This document shows, piece by piece, positions 17,156 to 27,363 of a stretch of 64,000 nt of DNA. Where the stretch lies: NCBI GenBank assembly GCA_964631835.1, contig CAZWAD010000016.1, positions 8,297 to 72,296 of the forward strand. The letters run 5' to 3'. Origin of the DNA: an uncultured Chitinophaga sp. (GTDB lineage: Bacteria; Bacteroidota; Bacteroidia; Chitinophagales; LD1). Under the pieces are notes generated by a model. The model was not told the DNA's origin and did no database searches. It saw nothing but the letters and a program-made list of their open reading frames with translations. The position numbers were made by a program, and so were the translations under genes. How positions within the stretch are numbered: position 1 is the first letter of the stretch; every line of letters begins with the position of its first letter.

Positions 17156-18844
17156 ATGATTATATCACCAAGAAAGTATCTACTCCACTTCCTGCTGTAC
17201 TTGCTTTTGTTTTCGCTTCTTTTCCTCCAGTTTCCGTTATCCGGTTCTTTACCGGGTAAAGGTGATAATTGGTTTTTTCTTGCGGCCTACAGAAATATTG
17301 CTAACTATTTTTCTGGTCTGTTAAATGGCACATATTTAGGTACGGTAATTTACCCAGAACACAACGTTTATGAATTCGGAAACTATTCTCCCGGTCAGGC
17401 CTTGTTTTTTTTACCATTTATTTATGTGGGTTTTGACGACCTCTTTGCCTACTACTGTTTTAATGTCATTTTATTTACTCTAAATGCATTTACCGTTTAC
17501 CTTATATCGGGTAAATTTGGTATTCAAAGCCGGGCTTCTTTTTTCTGTGGTTTGTTTTTTGCCGGAAGTAATTTTGCTTTTGGCAATTTAGATAATCCCG
17601 ATGCTTTATTTCTGAGTTTCGGATTTCTTTCTGTTTTCTTTCTGCTTCGGTTTTTAAAAAATTTCAGAAATAAAAATCTATTGTGGTCATTTTCCTCTTT
17701 AGGTGTTCAGGTTTATTTTTCGAGTTACGGGTTTCTATTCAGCGCTTTGATGTTGGGTATTATTGGATTATTTAATTTACGTGAATTAGTAATTCCTTCC
17801 CGCCTCAAAGTTCTATTTTTGGGTGGTATTATACTGTTAGCAATTATATCTCCTTTTTTAAACGTTTACTTTTTTGCCCCATCAATTCTGTCAGCTTACA
17901 ATCCAGCCGGGTTAATAAGCGATGCGGGAAAAGCATCTCTCAAAATTGTTGACTTCTTCCATCCGCTGCAGAACAATATGTATTACTCCATAATGCCCCA
18001 CAATGATTCAAACTGGCTTTACAAAACAAAATCAGCTTTTACTGGATTTGCATTGCCATTAGCCGGCTTATTCGGTCTCTTAAAATTCAAATCCCTTCAC
18101 AAAAAATACCTCATTTCTGCTTTCCTGTTATTCCTTTTTGTTGCATTTGGACCATTTTTCCCTTTGGAAAACAAAGAAATTCCCTCACCACTTTACTGGA
18201 TATATTACAAGTTTAGCATCAACCAATATTTAAGGATAAGCGTACGTGCATACTTCTTCTGTGTGTTAGTATTGAGTTTGGGCGCGGCTAAATTTATTGA
18301 GTGGATATACTTTTCTTATTCTAAAAAGGCTGCAATAATCTTACCTCTTTTTATTTTAATTGAGAATACACCTTACTCATTCGAAAAATATGAGAGCAAA
18401 CCTCTAATGGATTTAGCTTTTCGGATACCCGATTTTGAAAATCATTCTGTGATTCTAAACCTACCATCGAGTTTATACTCCGACCACTACCCGCTTTTTC
18501 AACGCGAATGCAGAGAACGAAAAGATTATGAATTCGAGGCAGTAAGAGAACATATTTATATGTACGAACAAACGCTTCACCGAGCAAACACGATAAATGG
18601 CTTAACAGGTTTTATACCACAATCAAGAATTAAAAACCAACTATTAATTGACCGGGTTACGAACGGAGACATGACAGGTTTAAACCAATTAATTAGAAAC
18701 AATGGCCTAACTCATGTTATCTGGCAAAAAAAACTCACTAATGGATGTAACTATACCATCGCACTCGACCTACTAAACAAAAGCCCAAATTTGAAAATGG
18801 TAACAGATAACGAGGATATCACAGTATATAAGGTTGACAGTTAA
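17156..18844 (+). CDS. Polytopic membrane protein, GT-C/YfhO-like putative glycosyltransferase
   Basis: About 10-12 TM segments, GDNW near the N-terminus, LRISVRAY, FILIEN, periplasmic tail INGLTGFIP; paralogous to 28943-30613. Confidence 0.6.
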   Translation: MIISPRKYLLHFLLYLLLFSLLFLQFPLSGSLPGKGDNWFFLAAYRNIANYFSGLLNGTYLGTVIYPEHNVYEFGNYSPGQALFFLPFIYVGFDDLFAYYCFNVILFTLNAFTVYLISGKFGIQSRASFFCGLFFAGSNFAFGNLDNPDALFLSFGFLSVFFLLRFLKNFRNKNLLWSFSSLGVQVYFSSYGFLFSALMLGIIGLFNLRELVIPSRLKVLFLGGIILLAIISPFLNVYFFAPSILSAYNPAGLISDAGKASLKIVDFFHPLQNNMYYSIMPHNDSNWLYKTKSAFTGFALPLAGLFGLLKFKSLHKKYLISAFLLFLFVAFGPFFPLENKEIPSPLYWIYYKFSINQYLRISVRAYFFCVLVLSLGAAKFIEWIYFSYSKKAAIILPLFILIENTPYSFEKYESKPLMDLAFRIPDFENHSVILNLPSSLYSDHYPLFQRECRERKDYEFEAVREHIYMYEQTLHRANTINGLTGFIPQSRIKNQLLIDRVTNGDMTGLNQLIRNNGLTHVIWQKKLTNGCNYTIALDLLNKSPNLKMVTDNEDITVYKVDS

Positions 18845-18853
18845 TTATAAGCA

Positions 18854-19942
18854 TCACAAGTCCCTTACAACTTCAATAACTCTTTTTGTATCATTCTCAG
18901 TCATTGCAGAGTAAATAGGAAGGCAAACAATACGTTTTGAAATAGATTCTGAAACCGGCAATTTTGAAATTGAGTGATTTAAAAAAAGAAGTGTGTTTAA
19001 AGAAGGATACCAAATACGTTTAAAAAAAACGTTTCTCTTTTTACCGGCTTCAATCAACTTAAAAACAGATCGCTCGTTAGGTAATACTATTGGAAAATAA
19101 GAAAAATTTAATCTGGTGTTTCTTTTAAAACTCAGCAACTGAACTTTCTTCAACTCCCGGAATGCTTTTGTATAGGCATTTGCAATATCACTTCTTACGC
19201 TTATTTCATGCGAAAGGTTGTCAAGAGATAAAATGCCAAAAGCTGCATTAAACTCATCCATTTTCCCATTGATGCCCAACAACTCTTCATGGTTAGCAGA
19301 ATTCTTCCCGAAGTAACGTATTTTATAAACACGCTCTGCCAAATATTTTTCTTTACAAAAAACCGCTCCCCCTTCGACTGAACTTACAATTTTTGAAGCA
19401 TGAAAACTAACCGTGTTAATTGTTCCGTAATTGAAAATAGACTTATACTTATATGTTGTTCCGAAGGCATGGGAAGAGTCATATATCACTGGTAACTTGT
19501 ACTTTTCGGCAAGTTTCCCGATGGCATCAATATTACATACACCTCCATAAACATGAACTGGTAAGATTGCCTTGGTGTTTTCTGTAATTTTTTCTTCAAT
19601 AAAATCTGCATCCATACAAAGCGTATCGGGCTCAACATCCACGAAAACAGGCTTGCAGTTTTGCCAAGCAATACTTGAGGCAGAAGCAATAAATGAATGT
19701 GGAGTTGTAATAATTTCGCCTTGTTCTATGTTTAGCGACCGGATAGCAATCTGCAACGCCACCGTTCCATTTCCCATAGCAAATATGTAAGGCACTCGGG
19801 TATTCTTAGCAAGCCTCCTCTCAAATAATTGAACATATTTTTTGTTATTAGTAAGTTCTCTTCGTTCTAGAATATCGTCAAACAGTTTGTACAGCTCTTT
19901 CTTGTCTGGTACCCAAGGATAGTTTACGTGTAATTCTTTCAT
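18854..19942 (-). CDS. DegT/DnrJ/EryC1/StrS family PLP-dependent sugar aminotransferase (VioA-like)
   Basis: NGTVALQIA, TKAILPVHVYG, IYDSSHAFG, SFHASKIVSSVEGG, GINGKMDE. Confidence 0.92.
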   Translation of the reverse strand: MKELHVNYPWVPDKKELYKLFDDILERRELTNNKKYVQLFERRLAKNTRVPYIFAMGNGTVALQIAIRSLNIEQGEIITTPHSFIASASSIAWQNCKPVFVDVEPDTLCMDADFIEEKITENTKAILPVHVYGGVCNIDAIGKLAEKYKLPVIYDSSHAFGTTYKYKSIFNYGTINTVSFHASKIVSSVEGGAVFCKEKYLAERVYKIRYFGKNSANHEELLGINGKMDEFNAAFGILSLDNLSHEISVRSDIANAYTKAFRELKKVQLLSFKRNTRLNFSYFPIVLPNERSVFKLIEAGKKRNVFFKRIWYPSLNTLLFLNHSISKLPVSESISKRIVCLPIYSAMTENDTKRVIEVVRDL

Positions 19943-20607
19943 GATGTAAACCGTTCGTGCGTTATACCCCAAAGAATTCTAAACAACTCTGCCAAATTAG
20001 CTTTGCTCTCTCCGGCACGTTCTGAGTAGCTGATTGGAAGTTCAACGTATTTAAATTTACTTTTCACTGTAAAAGCAAGTATTCTGGGCTCTACATCAAA
20101 ACTAACCGCCTTTATTTTCTCCTTATACTTTTGGGTTCGAACAACTCGCAAACCTGAAATAATATCTTTCACTTTTGATGAGAAGAGCAAATTAAAATAA
20201 CCCGAAACTAAATAATTGACCATTCTTCGGTGCCAAGCAATTTTCGAAAACGGTCTCCCACCAACAACCATATCATAGCCACCTTCAACTGCAATTTGAT
20301 ACAGTCGACTTAAGTCGTTTACCGAATACGTCAGGTCGCAATCAATTATGCCCATATACTCATATCCACGCTCATCAGCAATTTCCAAGCATTTCATAAT
20401 TGCAAACCCTTTTCCGATACTTTCACGGAACACACATTCTGCATTCTCCTCCTGAGCTATAGATACTGTATTATCGGTTGAGAACCCGTCACAAATGATA
20501 AAGTCAAATTTTTCTTGCCTCAACAATTCAATAACACTTTTCACAGCCTTCTCTTCATTATAAGTAGGTACACAAACTAAAATTGACATCCGATATTTTT
20601 TATTCAA
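19939..20607 (-). CDS. GT2 glycosyltransferase, DPM1-like (polyprenol-phosphate glycosyltransferase)
   Basis: VPTYNEE, CDGFSTDNT, GKG, DCDLTY, DIISGLR, ISYSERAGESK. Confidence 0.88.
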   Translation of the reverse strand: MNKKYRMSILVCVPTYNEEKAVKSVIELLRQEKFDFIICDGFSTDNTVSIAQEENAECVFRESIGKGFAIMKCLEIADERGYEYMGIIDCDLTYSVNDLSRLYQIAVEGGYDMVVGGRPFSKIAWHRRMVNYLVSGYFNLLFSSKVKDIISGLRVVRTQKYKEKIKAVSFDVEPRILAFTVKSKFKYVELPISYSERAGESKANLAELFRILWGITHERFTS

Positions 20608-20741
20608 AAGCTGCTTTGGCGGAAAGGCGGTTCTAATTTAAACAATAATAAAATATATTTGGAAGCATTAAAGTCAAGGTTTCTTCAGGCGGGGTCGTTT
20701 ATCAATGCGCCCTAAATGATTCTGCTTAATATTGCTATTTA

Positions 20742-21806
20742 ATGGACCAATTTTTAAGAGATGACGCCCAAAAAGTTGTTACGGCTTTAGGTGGTTTAAA
20801 TGATAAATTTTCCGGTAAAACAATTTTGATAACCGGAGCTTCGGGTTTTTTAGGTAGCCATTTTGTTCATTATTTCGTTACGCTCAACAATAACATTCTT
20901 TTTAAACGACCCTGCAGAATAATTGCCCTTGACAATTTTATCAGGAAAAAACCAAAATGGGTAAATGAGCTAAAACGCCATCCCCACCTTGTTTTCCGTA
21001 ATCAAGATATAGTTAGCAGTTCTGTAAACTTCAAAGCTGATTTCGTTATACACGCAGCCTCTATTGCATCACCTAAGTTTTACAGAAAGTATCCGGTTGA
21101 AACCATGGATACAAATGTTGCAGGAACCAGAAGTATTTTAGAGTACTGTAAGGAACAAAAGGTGATAAGCATGCTCTTCCTCTCCAGCAGTGAAATTTAC
21201 GGAAACCCTTCTTCTGAAAATATCCCAACTTCTGAAGAATTTCCGGGGGCCGTAAATAACCTGGGACCCAGGGCTTGTTATGATGAGTCGAAACGCTATG
21301 CTGAAACTTTATGTTACACTTTTTACAAGACCCATAAAATACCAGTTAAAATTATCCGCCCTTTTAATATTTACGGACCAGGTCTCCATGCTGATGATGG
21401 TAGAGTAATATCAGATTTTTTTAGAGATGCAATAACTAAAAAAAGAATTGAATTGCTTTCTGACGGCAATTCAACCAGAACTTTTTGTTATGTGTCGGAC
21501 GCGGTTACAGGATTTCTGCAAGCATTACTTTCCAAGTATGAAGGGGAAGTTTTTAATATCGGCATGAGTGAGCCGGAAATTAGTATGAAGACCCTGGCCC
21601 ATGAAATTAAAAAAGTCTGCAGTAATGATACAGCGATAAGTTTTGGCGTCAGCAGTGACTCCGAGTATAACACCGACAGTCCAAAACGCAGATGCCCCTC
21701 TATAGCAAAAGCCAAAAAAATGTTAGGCTACAAGCCTATCACTTCCCTGTCCGAGGGCTTAAAAATCACTTTTAGCTATTATAACCATTTATTAAAATCA
21801 TACTAA
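20742..21806 (+). CDS. NAD-dependent epimerase/dehydratase, UDP-glucuronate decarboxylase-like
   Basis: TGASGFLG, HAASIASP, SSSEIYG, RACYDESKR, RPFNIYGP, RTFCYVSDAV. Confidence 0.88.
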   Translation: MDQFLRDDAQKVVTALGGLNDKFSGKTILITGASGFLGSHFVHYFVTLNNNILFKRPCRIIALDNFIRKKPKWVNELKRHPHLVFRNQDIVSSSVNFKADFVIHAASIASPKFYRKYPVETMDTNVAGTRSILEYCKEQKVISMLFLSSSEIYGNPSSENIPTSEEFPGAVNNLGPRACYDESKRYAETLCYTFYKTHKIPVKIIRPFNIYGPGLHADDGRVISDFFRDAITKKRIELLSDGNSTRTFCYVSDAVTGFLQALLSKYEGEVFNIGMSEPEISMKTLAHEIKKVCSNDTAISFGVSSDSEYNTDSPKRRCPSIAKAKKMLGYKPITSLSEGLKITFSYYNHLLKSY

Positions 21807-23146
21807 TGCAGGTTGGCGTAATCGGAGTTGGCTATGTTGGTTTAGTAACGGGGGTTGTGTTGGCTTCCAAGGGGCATCACGTTACTTGTCTTGATAAGGA
21901 CAAAACTGTAATCAAGCGCTTAAAAAAAGGTGAACCTCATTTCTATGAAAAGGGTATTGGTGCCATTCTTCAAAAAACCTTAAAATCCGGAAATATAAAT
22001 TTTGAATCCGCTTATGAAAAGCATTTAAGCCGTTGCTCCGTTGTATTTATTTGTGTAGATACGCCTACAATCAATGGCAAAATTGATTACACCAATTTTT
22101 CTCAGGCAGCTGGTCTGGTAGCTAAGGTGATTAAAGACACTGACAAGTTCATTTCTGTTGTAGTCAAGAGTACAGTATTGCCCGGTACCACATCAGTGAA
22201 AGTAAAAAAAATAATACAAGACATTTCAGGGAAAAAATTGGGATGCTTTGGTTTAGGAGCAAATCCCGAGTTTCTTCGGGAAGGGACTGCTATAAATGAT
22301 TTTCTCAATCCGGATAGAATAATTATAGGCTCGGAAGATAAACCAACCCGGGAAAATCTGCTGACGCTTTATAGCACATGGCGCTGCGATAAGATAATTA
22401 CGAACAGCAATACCGCGGAATTTGCAAAGTATGTAAACAACAGCCTGCTTTCTTTGCTTATATCGTTCGGAAACGAAATGGCAAATATCAGCTTAAGTGA
22501 CAAGCATATAAAGCTAGATTTAGCGCTCAGGAGCCTTAGTTTGGACAAACGCATAAATCCGGTAATCAATGGTACAGGGCGGATAAATCCTGAAATCTTG
22601 TCCTACTTTACTCCCGGTCCCGGCTTTGGCGGTAGCTGCCTTCCGAAAGACATAAAAGCTTTTTCGTCCTACGCGCAAGGCTTAGGGGTTAAAACTTATA
22701 TGCTTAGCGCGATTCAAAAGACTAATACTCATCAGCCGGGTAAAATCGTTTCACTTGTTGAAAAATTTGTTATTCAGCCCTACACAAAAAAATATTTAGT
22801 ATTAGGTTTTTCGCACAAACCGAATACAGATGATGCCCGATATTCTCCTTCAAAAGTTGTAATCGAAAAACTTATCGCCAAAGGGGCCGAAATTATTTTA
22901 CACGACCCAGCTTCGCTGATGAGTGCAAAACTTCACTTCAAGAACAACAGGAATGTTTCATTTACCAATAGCTGGCTCAGGGAAATAGAATCTTGTGACG
23001 TAATAATAATTCTTACAAACTGGAAAGAATATCGCCAATTATCTTCCAGGGCACTCGCCAAAAAACTTACAGGTAAATTTATTGTGGATACCAGGCTAAT
23101 GTTTACTAAAAATTCTTTCAAGAAGTCTGCCTATATATCTTTCTGA
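21806..23146 (+). CDS. ugd: UDP-glucose/GDP-mannose 6-dehydrogenase
   Basis: GVGYVGLVTG, ICVDTP, VVKSTVLPGT, NPEFLREG, GFGGSCLPKD, KPNTDDAR. Confidence 0.9.
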   Translation: MQVGVIGVGYVGLVTGVVLASKGHHVTCLDKDKTVIKRLKKGEPHFYEKGIGAILQKTLKSGNINFESAYEKHLSRCSVVFICVDTPTINGKIDYTNFSQAAGLVAKVIKDTDKFISVVVKSTVLPGTTSVKVKKIIQDISGKKLGCFGLGANPEFLREGTAINDFLNPDRIIIGSEDKPTRENLLTLYSTWRCDKIITNSNTAEFAKYVNNSLLSLLISFGNEMANISLSDKHIKLDLALRSLSLDKRINPVINGTGRINPEILSYFTPGPGFGGSCLPKDIKAFSSYAQGLGVKTYMLSAIQKTNTHQPGKIVSLVEKFVIQPYTKKYLVLGFSHKPNTDDARYSPSKVVIEKLIAKGAEIILHDPASLMSAKLHFKNNRNVSFTNSWLREIESCDVIIILTNWKEYRQLSSRALAKKLTGKFIVDTRLMFTKNSFKKSAYISF

Positions 23147-23147
23147 C

Positions 23148-24347
23148 TTGAGTAATTTCATGTTTTCAAAAAAGTTTTTCGGTCAGAATATGAACAGGGC
23201 AGCACGAAAATTCCTTATTGCGTTTATTATCACTGTACTGGTTTGCGAATGCATTTCTCGCTACCATATATATAATAGTTTTCAAACTAATTTTTTCCGG
23301 CCCGGGAGAGTTATATATTCTTTTTATCCCGAATTGCTGCCTTTACCAGGTAGATTAGATTCTTCACAGATTAATATTTTAATTCTCGGAGGTAGTGCAG
23401 TTGCTGAAAATTTCTGTCAATTGAAAAAGCGTATTGAAAATGAAAAAGAAATATCAGGCCGAAAAGTGCATGTATTTAACCTGGCAAGGATTGCTCATAA
23501 CTCTTTTGATTCAAAAATTAAATTCAAGTACTTAAAACACCTTGGTTTTGATTATGTGTTTGTTTATGACGGCATTAACGATACCCGAACGAACAATTGC
23601 CCTGATGATGTTTTCAAAGAAGACTATTCCCATATTCACTTTTACAGCCAGGTAAATATTTTCGAAAGACATTCTGAAATAAATTATTTCACCCTGCCCT
23701 TTTTGCTAGATTATTACTGGAATGAGTTAAAAATTAAAACGGGGTGGAAGAAGATAATTCCTAAAGAATATTTAGTGATGAATGAAAAAATAATGCCTCC
23801 GGAGTTAGTCGCACAGGCAGATACTCCTGGAACAGAGGGCTTCAAGGCGCGGAAAATTATAAAGCGTTACCAGGACAAAATCATGTATAAATACGGAGGA
23901 AATGAACATGACGGTTTTGTGTTTGTAACCGTTGATACATTATGGTGGAGAGAAGGAAAAAAAATAAAATCAGCCAAAAGTTTCAACAACAATTTGTTTT
24001 ACATTTATCAAACCAAGCCGGCAACTACAAAATTGATTCTTACTGAGTATGCCTGGTATCAGCCAGAGGGTTATTCACTCACAAAATTCCTCTATGAAAA
24101 AATGGATTATTCAGAACAGCACTTTCCAACGGAAATGTACGGCAAACCGGAATATGTAGTACAGGGGTTGGTAACACACAACAAAATCATTGATTCCTTT
24201 GCCAAATCAAACACCGATATTGTTTATTTCAATTTTAACGACTCGATACCTCATAACGGAATTTACTTTAACGACATTTGCCACTTGGCTGATTCAGGAC
24301 AAGCATTGCTAAGCAGCTTAATTATAAACAAAATCAAGAAACATTAG
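23148..24347 (+). CDS. SGNH/GDSL hydrolase-like membrane-anchored protein
   Basis: N-terminal TM, LGGSAV, YDGINDT, C-terminal FNDICHL. Confidence 0.7.
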   Translation: MSNFMFSKKFFGQNMNRAARKFLIAFIITVLVCECISRYHIYNSFQTNFFRPGRVIYSFYPELLPLPGRLDSSQINILILGGSAVAENFCQLKKRIENEKEISGRKVHVFNLARIAHNSFDSKIKFKYLKHLGFDYVFVYDGINDTRTNNCPDDVFKEDYSHIHFYSQVNIFERHSEINYFTLPFLLDYYWNELKIKTGWKKIIPKEYLVMNEKIMPPELVAQADTPGTEGFKARKIIKRYQDKIMYKYGGNEHDGFVFVTVDTLWWREGKKIKSAKSFNNNLFYIYQTKPATTKLILTEYAWYQPEGYSLTKFLYEKMDYSEQHFPTEMYGKPEYVVQGLVTHNKIIDSFAKSNTDIVYFNFNDSIPHNGIYFNDICHLADSGQALLSSLIINKIKKH

Positions 24348-25045
24348 AAGAATCTACATCGGATTATCCGCAGCAAAATGATAAAGGCATCTTTAATGCC
24401 ACTTTTGCTTTTCCCCGAACGAGGGAAATAGTCAATAGGAACCTGCTTAATCGGATGGTTGCTTTTCAATGCATAGCAAGTAAGTTCAGTTTCTATATCA
24501 AATCCCTCCACCCGGTTTATTCCTTTATAACTTTGTATATCAATTAAGCGTAGCCCAGATTGGGTATCACTTAACTTACTCCCAAATAAAAAGTTGATAC
24601 AACCGGTAAGCAGGATGTTCGCCATACGATTAAGAAAAACGATTTTTTTATAATCTCTTACAGCTATAACCTGTAAATATTCTGTTGAAAAATTTACCAT
24701 AATTGGAATTGCACTTACCGGATATGTCCTATCACAATCAATAAAAACCATTTTTTTATATCCCATTTTTTCTGATTCAGCCATAGCTTGCAAAATGCCA
24801 TAACCTTTACCCTTCCCGGGTCTTGAAAAAACTTTTATACCCATGTCTTTACAAATATCAAGCGTCCCGTCTGTTGAGCCTGCATCGGTTATAAAAACTT
24901 TAAAACCAAGTTCGTGAATTTGAACAACCATTTCACGGACACACAAGGCTTCATTTAAAGTAGGCAGCCAAACAACAACTTCAGGTCTGGTTTTCATTTT
25001 TTCCATCAATATATTTGTAGGAGTTGAGACAGTTTGAAAAAGCAA
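24344..25045 (-). CDS. GT2 glycosyltransferase, DPM1-like (second copy)
   Basis: LPTLNEA, DAGSTDGT, GKGYG, DCDRTY, DTQSGLR, FDIETE, IDYFPRSGKSK. Confidence 0.88.
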   Translation of the reverse strand: MLFQTVSTPTNILMEKMKTRPEVVVWLPTLNEALCVREMVVQIHELGFKVFITDAGSTDGTLDICKDMGIKVFSRPGKGKGYGILQAMAESEKMGYKKMVFIDCDRTYPVSAIPIMVNFSTEYLQVIAVRDYKKIVFLNRMANILLTGCINFLFGSKLSDTQSGLRLIDIQSYKGINRVEGFDIETELTCYALKSNHPIKQVPIDYFPRSGKSKSGIKDAFIILLRIIRCRFF

Positions 25046-26290
25046 TCAAAGTACAGTTAAGGATGGAATGGGTATAACATATTTAGTAGACGCGGGCATT
25101 ATTGTTTTTAAATGACTGATAATATCCACTGTAAAATTCCATGCCAATATTAAAATGTAATCAGGTGAATTCACTTTCAAAAAGCCAATATCCCTTATCG
25201 GTATTTTGCCCGTACTGAAATATTTGCCCTGCTTGTGGGGGCTTATATCAATAATGAAAGGAAGTTTTGCGGAAGTTACTTCGCAATAGGAAAGAAGTGT
25301 ATTTGCCTTTCCGGCAGCACCATATCCGAATACGCGTTTTTTCTCAGTTTTCGCTTTATCAAGAAAAGTGTTTAAATCGTTTTTAATAATCTTGACCTGA
25401 TTTAAAAATGCATTTAACTTTTCTTTACCATTCAGACCGTCTTCGCTTTCTCTCTTCAATAATCTTTCCGCGTTCTTAGAAAGGCGACCATGTGTTCCAA
25501 CAAATACCCGCAGGCTTCCGCCATGAACGTCAATTTCTTCAACGTCAAGAACACACAAACCATTGTTCTCAAACAACCTGATTATATCACTCAAAGAAAA
25601 ATAACAAAGGTGCTGGTGGAATATGGTGTCAAATTCAACCTTTTCAAACATTCTTTTTTTATAGGGGAACTCAAATATTCCCAAACCATCCGGCTTAAGC
25701 AACAGTTGAACCCCTCTGATAAAATCGTTTGGATTTTTTACATGTGCCAGCACGTTATTACCCATGAAAAAGTCGGCCTCCCATCCTTCTGCTGCCAATT
25801 GCACTGCCAATTGCTTGGAAAAAAAATTAACCCTTGTTGCAATTCCTTTACTTTCCGCAGCTCTGGCGGGACCTGCAGATGGCTCAATACCCAAAGCCCG
25901 TGCGCCCAACTTTAAGAAATGTTCCAAAAGATAGCCATCATTGCTTGCCGCCTCAATAGCAGTAGATGAAGCATCCACTTTTTTTCTCTTATTAATGACA
26001 TTAAAAGTTTCACTGAAATGTCTCACAAGTGATGGGTTCACAGAGGTAAAGTACGGATAGTGTTCATTGAATAATACTTCTTGATGAACTCCCTCTTTTA
26101 AAAACAAAAAACCGCAATGATTGCAGTAATTTAAATGAAGAGGATAGGCAGGCACCTGATACACTGCGCCTTCCTCAACCAAATAATCCGCCAGAGGGAT
26201 AATACCAAAATCAAAAGCCTCGCTCAAATCGCTGCTATTGCAAACAAAACATTTTGTATATACTTGGTACTTTAAACTTCCCTCTGCCAT
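25046..26290 (-). CDS. NDP-hexose C-methyltransferase-like class I SAM methyltransferase
   Basis: Zn-binding CFVC...CNHC, EAASNDGYLL, NNVLAHV, FDTIFHQH, HGGSLRVF, GYGAAGKANTLL. Confidence 0.9.
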   Translation of the reverse strand: MAEGSLKYQVYTKCFVCNSSDLSEAFDFGIIPLADYLVEEGAVYQVPAYPLHLNYCNHCGFLFLKEGVHQEVLFNEHYPYFTSVNPSLVRHFSETFNVINKRKKVDASSTAIEAASNDGYLLEHFLKLGARALGIEPSAGPARAAESKGIATRVNFFSKQLAVQLAAEGWEADFFMGNNVLAHVKNPNDFIRGVQLLLKPDGLGIFEFPYKKRMFEKVEFDTIFHQHLCYFSLSDIIRLFENNGLCVLDVEEIDVHGGSLRVFVGTHGRLSKNAERLLKRESEDGLNGKEKLNAFLNQVKIIKNDLNTFLDKAKTEKKRVFGYGAAGKANTLLSYCEVTSAKLPFIIDISPHKQGKYFSTGKIPIRDIGFLKVNSPDYILILAWNFTVDIISHLKTIMPASTKYVIPIPSLTVL

Positions 26291-26292
26291 TT

Positions 26293-27363
26293 ATGAATCT
26301 TGATTTTTATAAAAATAAAAAAATACTCATCACCGGTAACACAGGTTTTAAAGGAAGTTGGCTTTCTTTGTTACTCATCAAAGCCGGGGCAAAAGTGTAC
26401 GGCATATCCAAGTCGGTACCTACCAAACCTTCGTTATACTACTTATGCGGGCTTAACCGTTCGGTCAAGCAGGCTTTTGCTGACCTGGGCGATCAGGTAT
26501 CAGTAAATCATATGGAAAAAATAAAACCTGATTTTATTTTTCACTTAGCCGCACAACCCATATTAACTGGAGGAGTAAAAGAACCACGGTACACATTTGA
26601 AAATAATATTTCAACTACTCTTTCTGTTCTTGAGTATTTGCGCAGTGCAATTGTCCCTACAATCGCTCTTTTCATTACAAGTGATAAATGTTATCTGAAT
26701 CGTGAATGGCACTGGGGATATCGAGAAACAGATACTCTTGGCGGTGAGGAACCATATGGCGCATCAAAAGCTGCTTGCGAGTTGGTAGTGGCTTCATATT
26801 ATCATACTTATTTCAAAAACTCAAAGAATATCAGACTGGCAACCGCACGTGCAGGTAATGTGATTGGCGGGGGCGATTTTACCGAAGACCGGATAATTCC
26901 GGACTGCATACGTGCATGGCAAAAAGGAAAACCCATTGAACTGCGAAACAAAGACGGAGTCAGGCCATGGCAACATGTTTTGGAACCGTTAGGAGGTTAC
27001 CTGCATTTATGCGAAAAAATGTCAAGCTATCCTTCATTGAATGGAGAATCTTGGAATTTCGGCCCTGCTGAGTCTGCATTTCACGATGTGCATGCTGTTG
27101 TGGAAGAACTAGCTTCACATTTTTCATTTCACTTGCCTGGGTCTTTATTTGTAGAAGACAAGCATAAAAAAGCACATGAGGCCACTCTCTTGAAAATCAG
27201 CAGTGAAAAAGCTATGAGTGTTTTAAAGTGGAAACCAAGGCTGGACTTCAGAGAATCCATCAGCCTTACAGCAAAATGGTATTCTGCTTATTTATCCAAT
27301 CCCTCACGAATCAAAGAAGCAACTCTAAGGCAAATTGAAGAGTACCTGCAACTAAAAATTTAG
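26293..27363 (+). CDS. rfbG: CDP-glucose 4,6-dehydratase
   Basis: TGNTGFKGSWL, FHLAAQP, TSDKCY, YGASKAACE, ARAGNVIGGGD, RPWQHVLEPL, WNFGP. Start at MNLDFY (26293). Confidence 0.95.
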   Translation: MNLDFYKNKKILITGNTGFKGSWLSLLLIKAGAKVYGISKSVPTKPSLYYLCGLNRSVKQAFADLGDQVSVNHMEKIKPDFIFHLAAQPILTGGVKEPRYTFENNISTTLSVLEYLRSAIVPTIALFITSDKCYLNREWHWGYRETDTLGGEEPYGASKAACELVVASYYHTYFKNSKNIRLATARAGNVIGGGDFTEDRIIPDCIRAWQKGKPIELRNKDGVRPWQHVLEPLGGYLHLCEKMSSYPSLNGESWNFGPAESAFHDVHAVVEELASHFSFHLPGSLFVEDKHKKAHEATLLKISSEKAMSVLKWKPRLDFRESISLTAKWYSAYLSNPSRIKEATLRQIEEYLQLKI

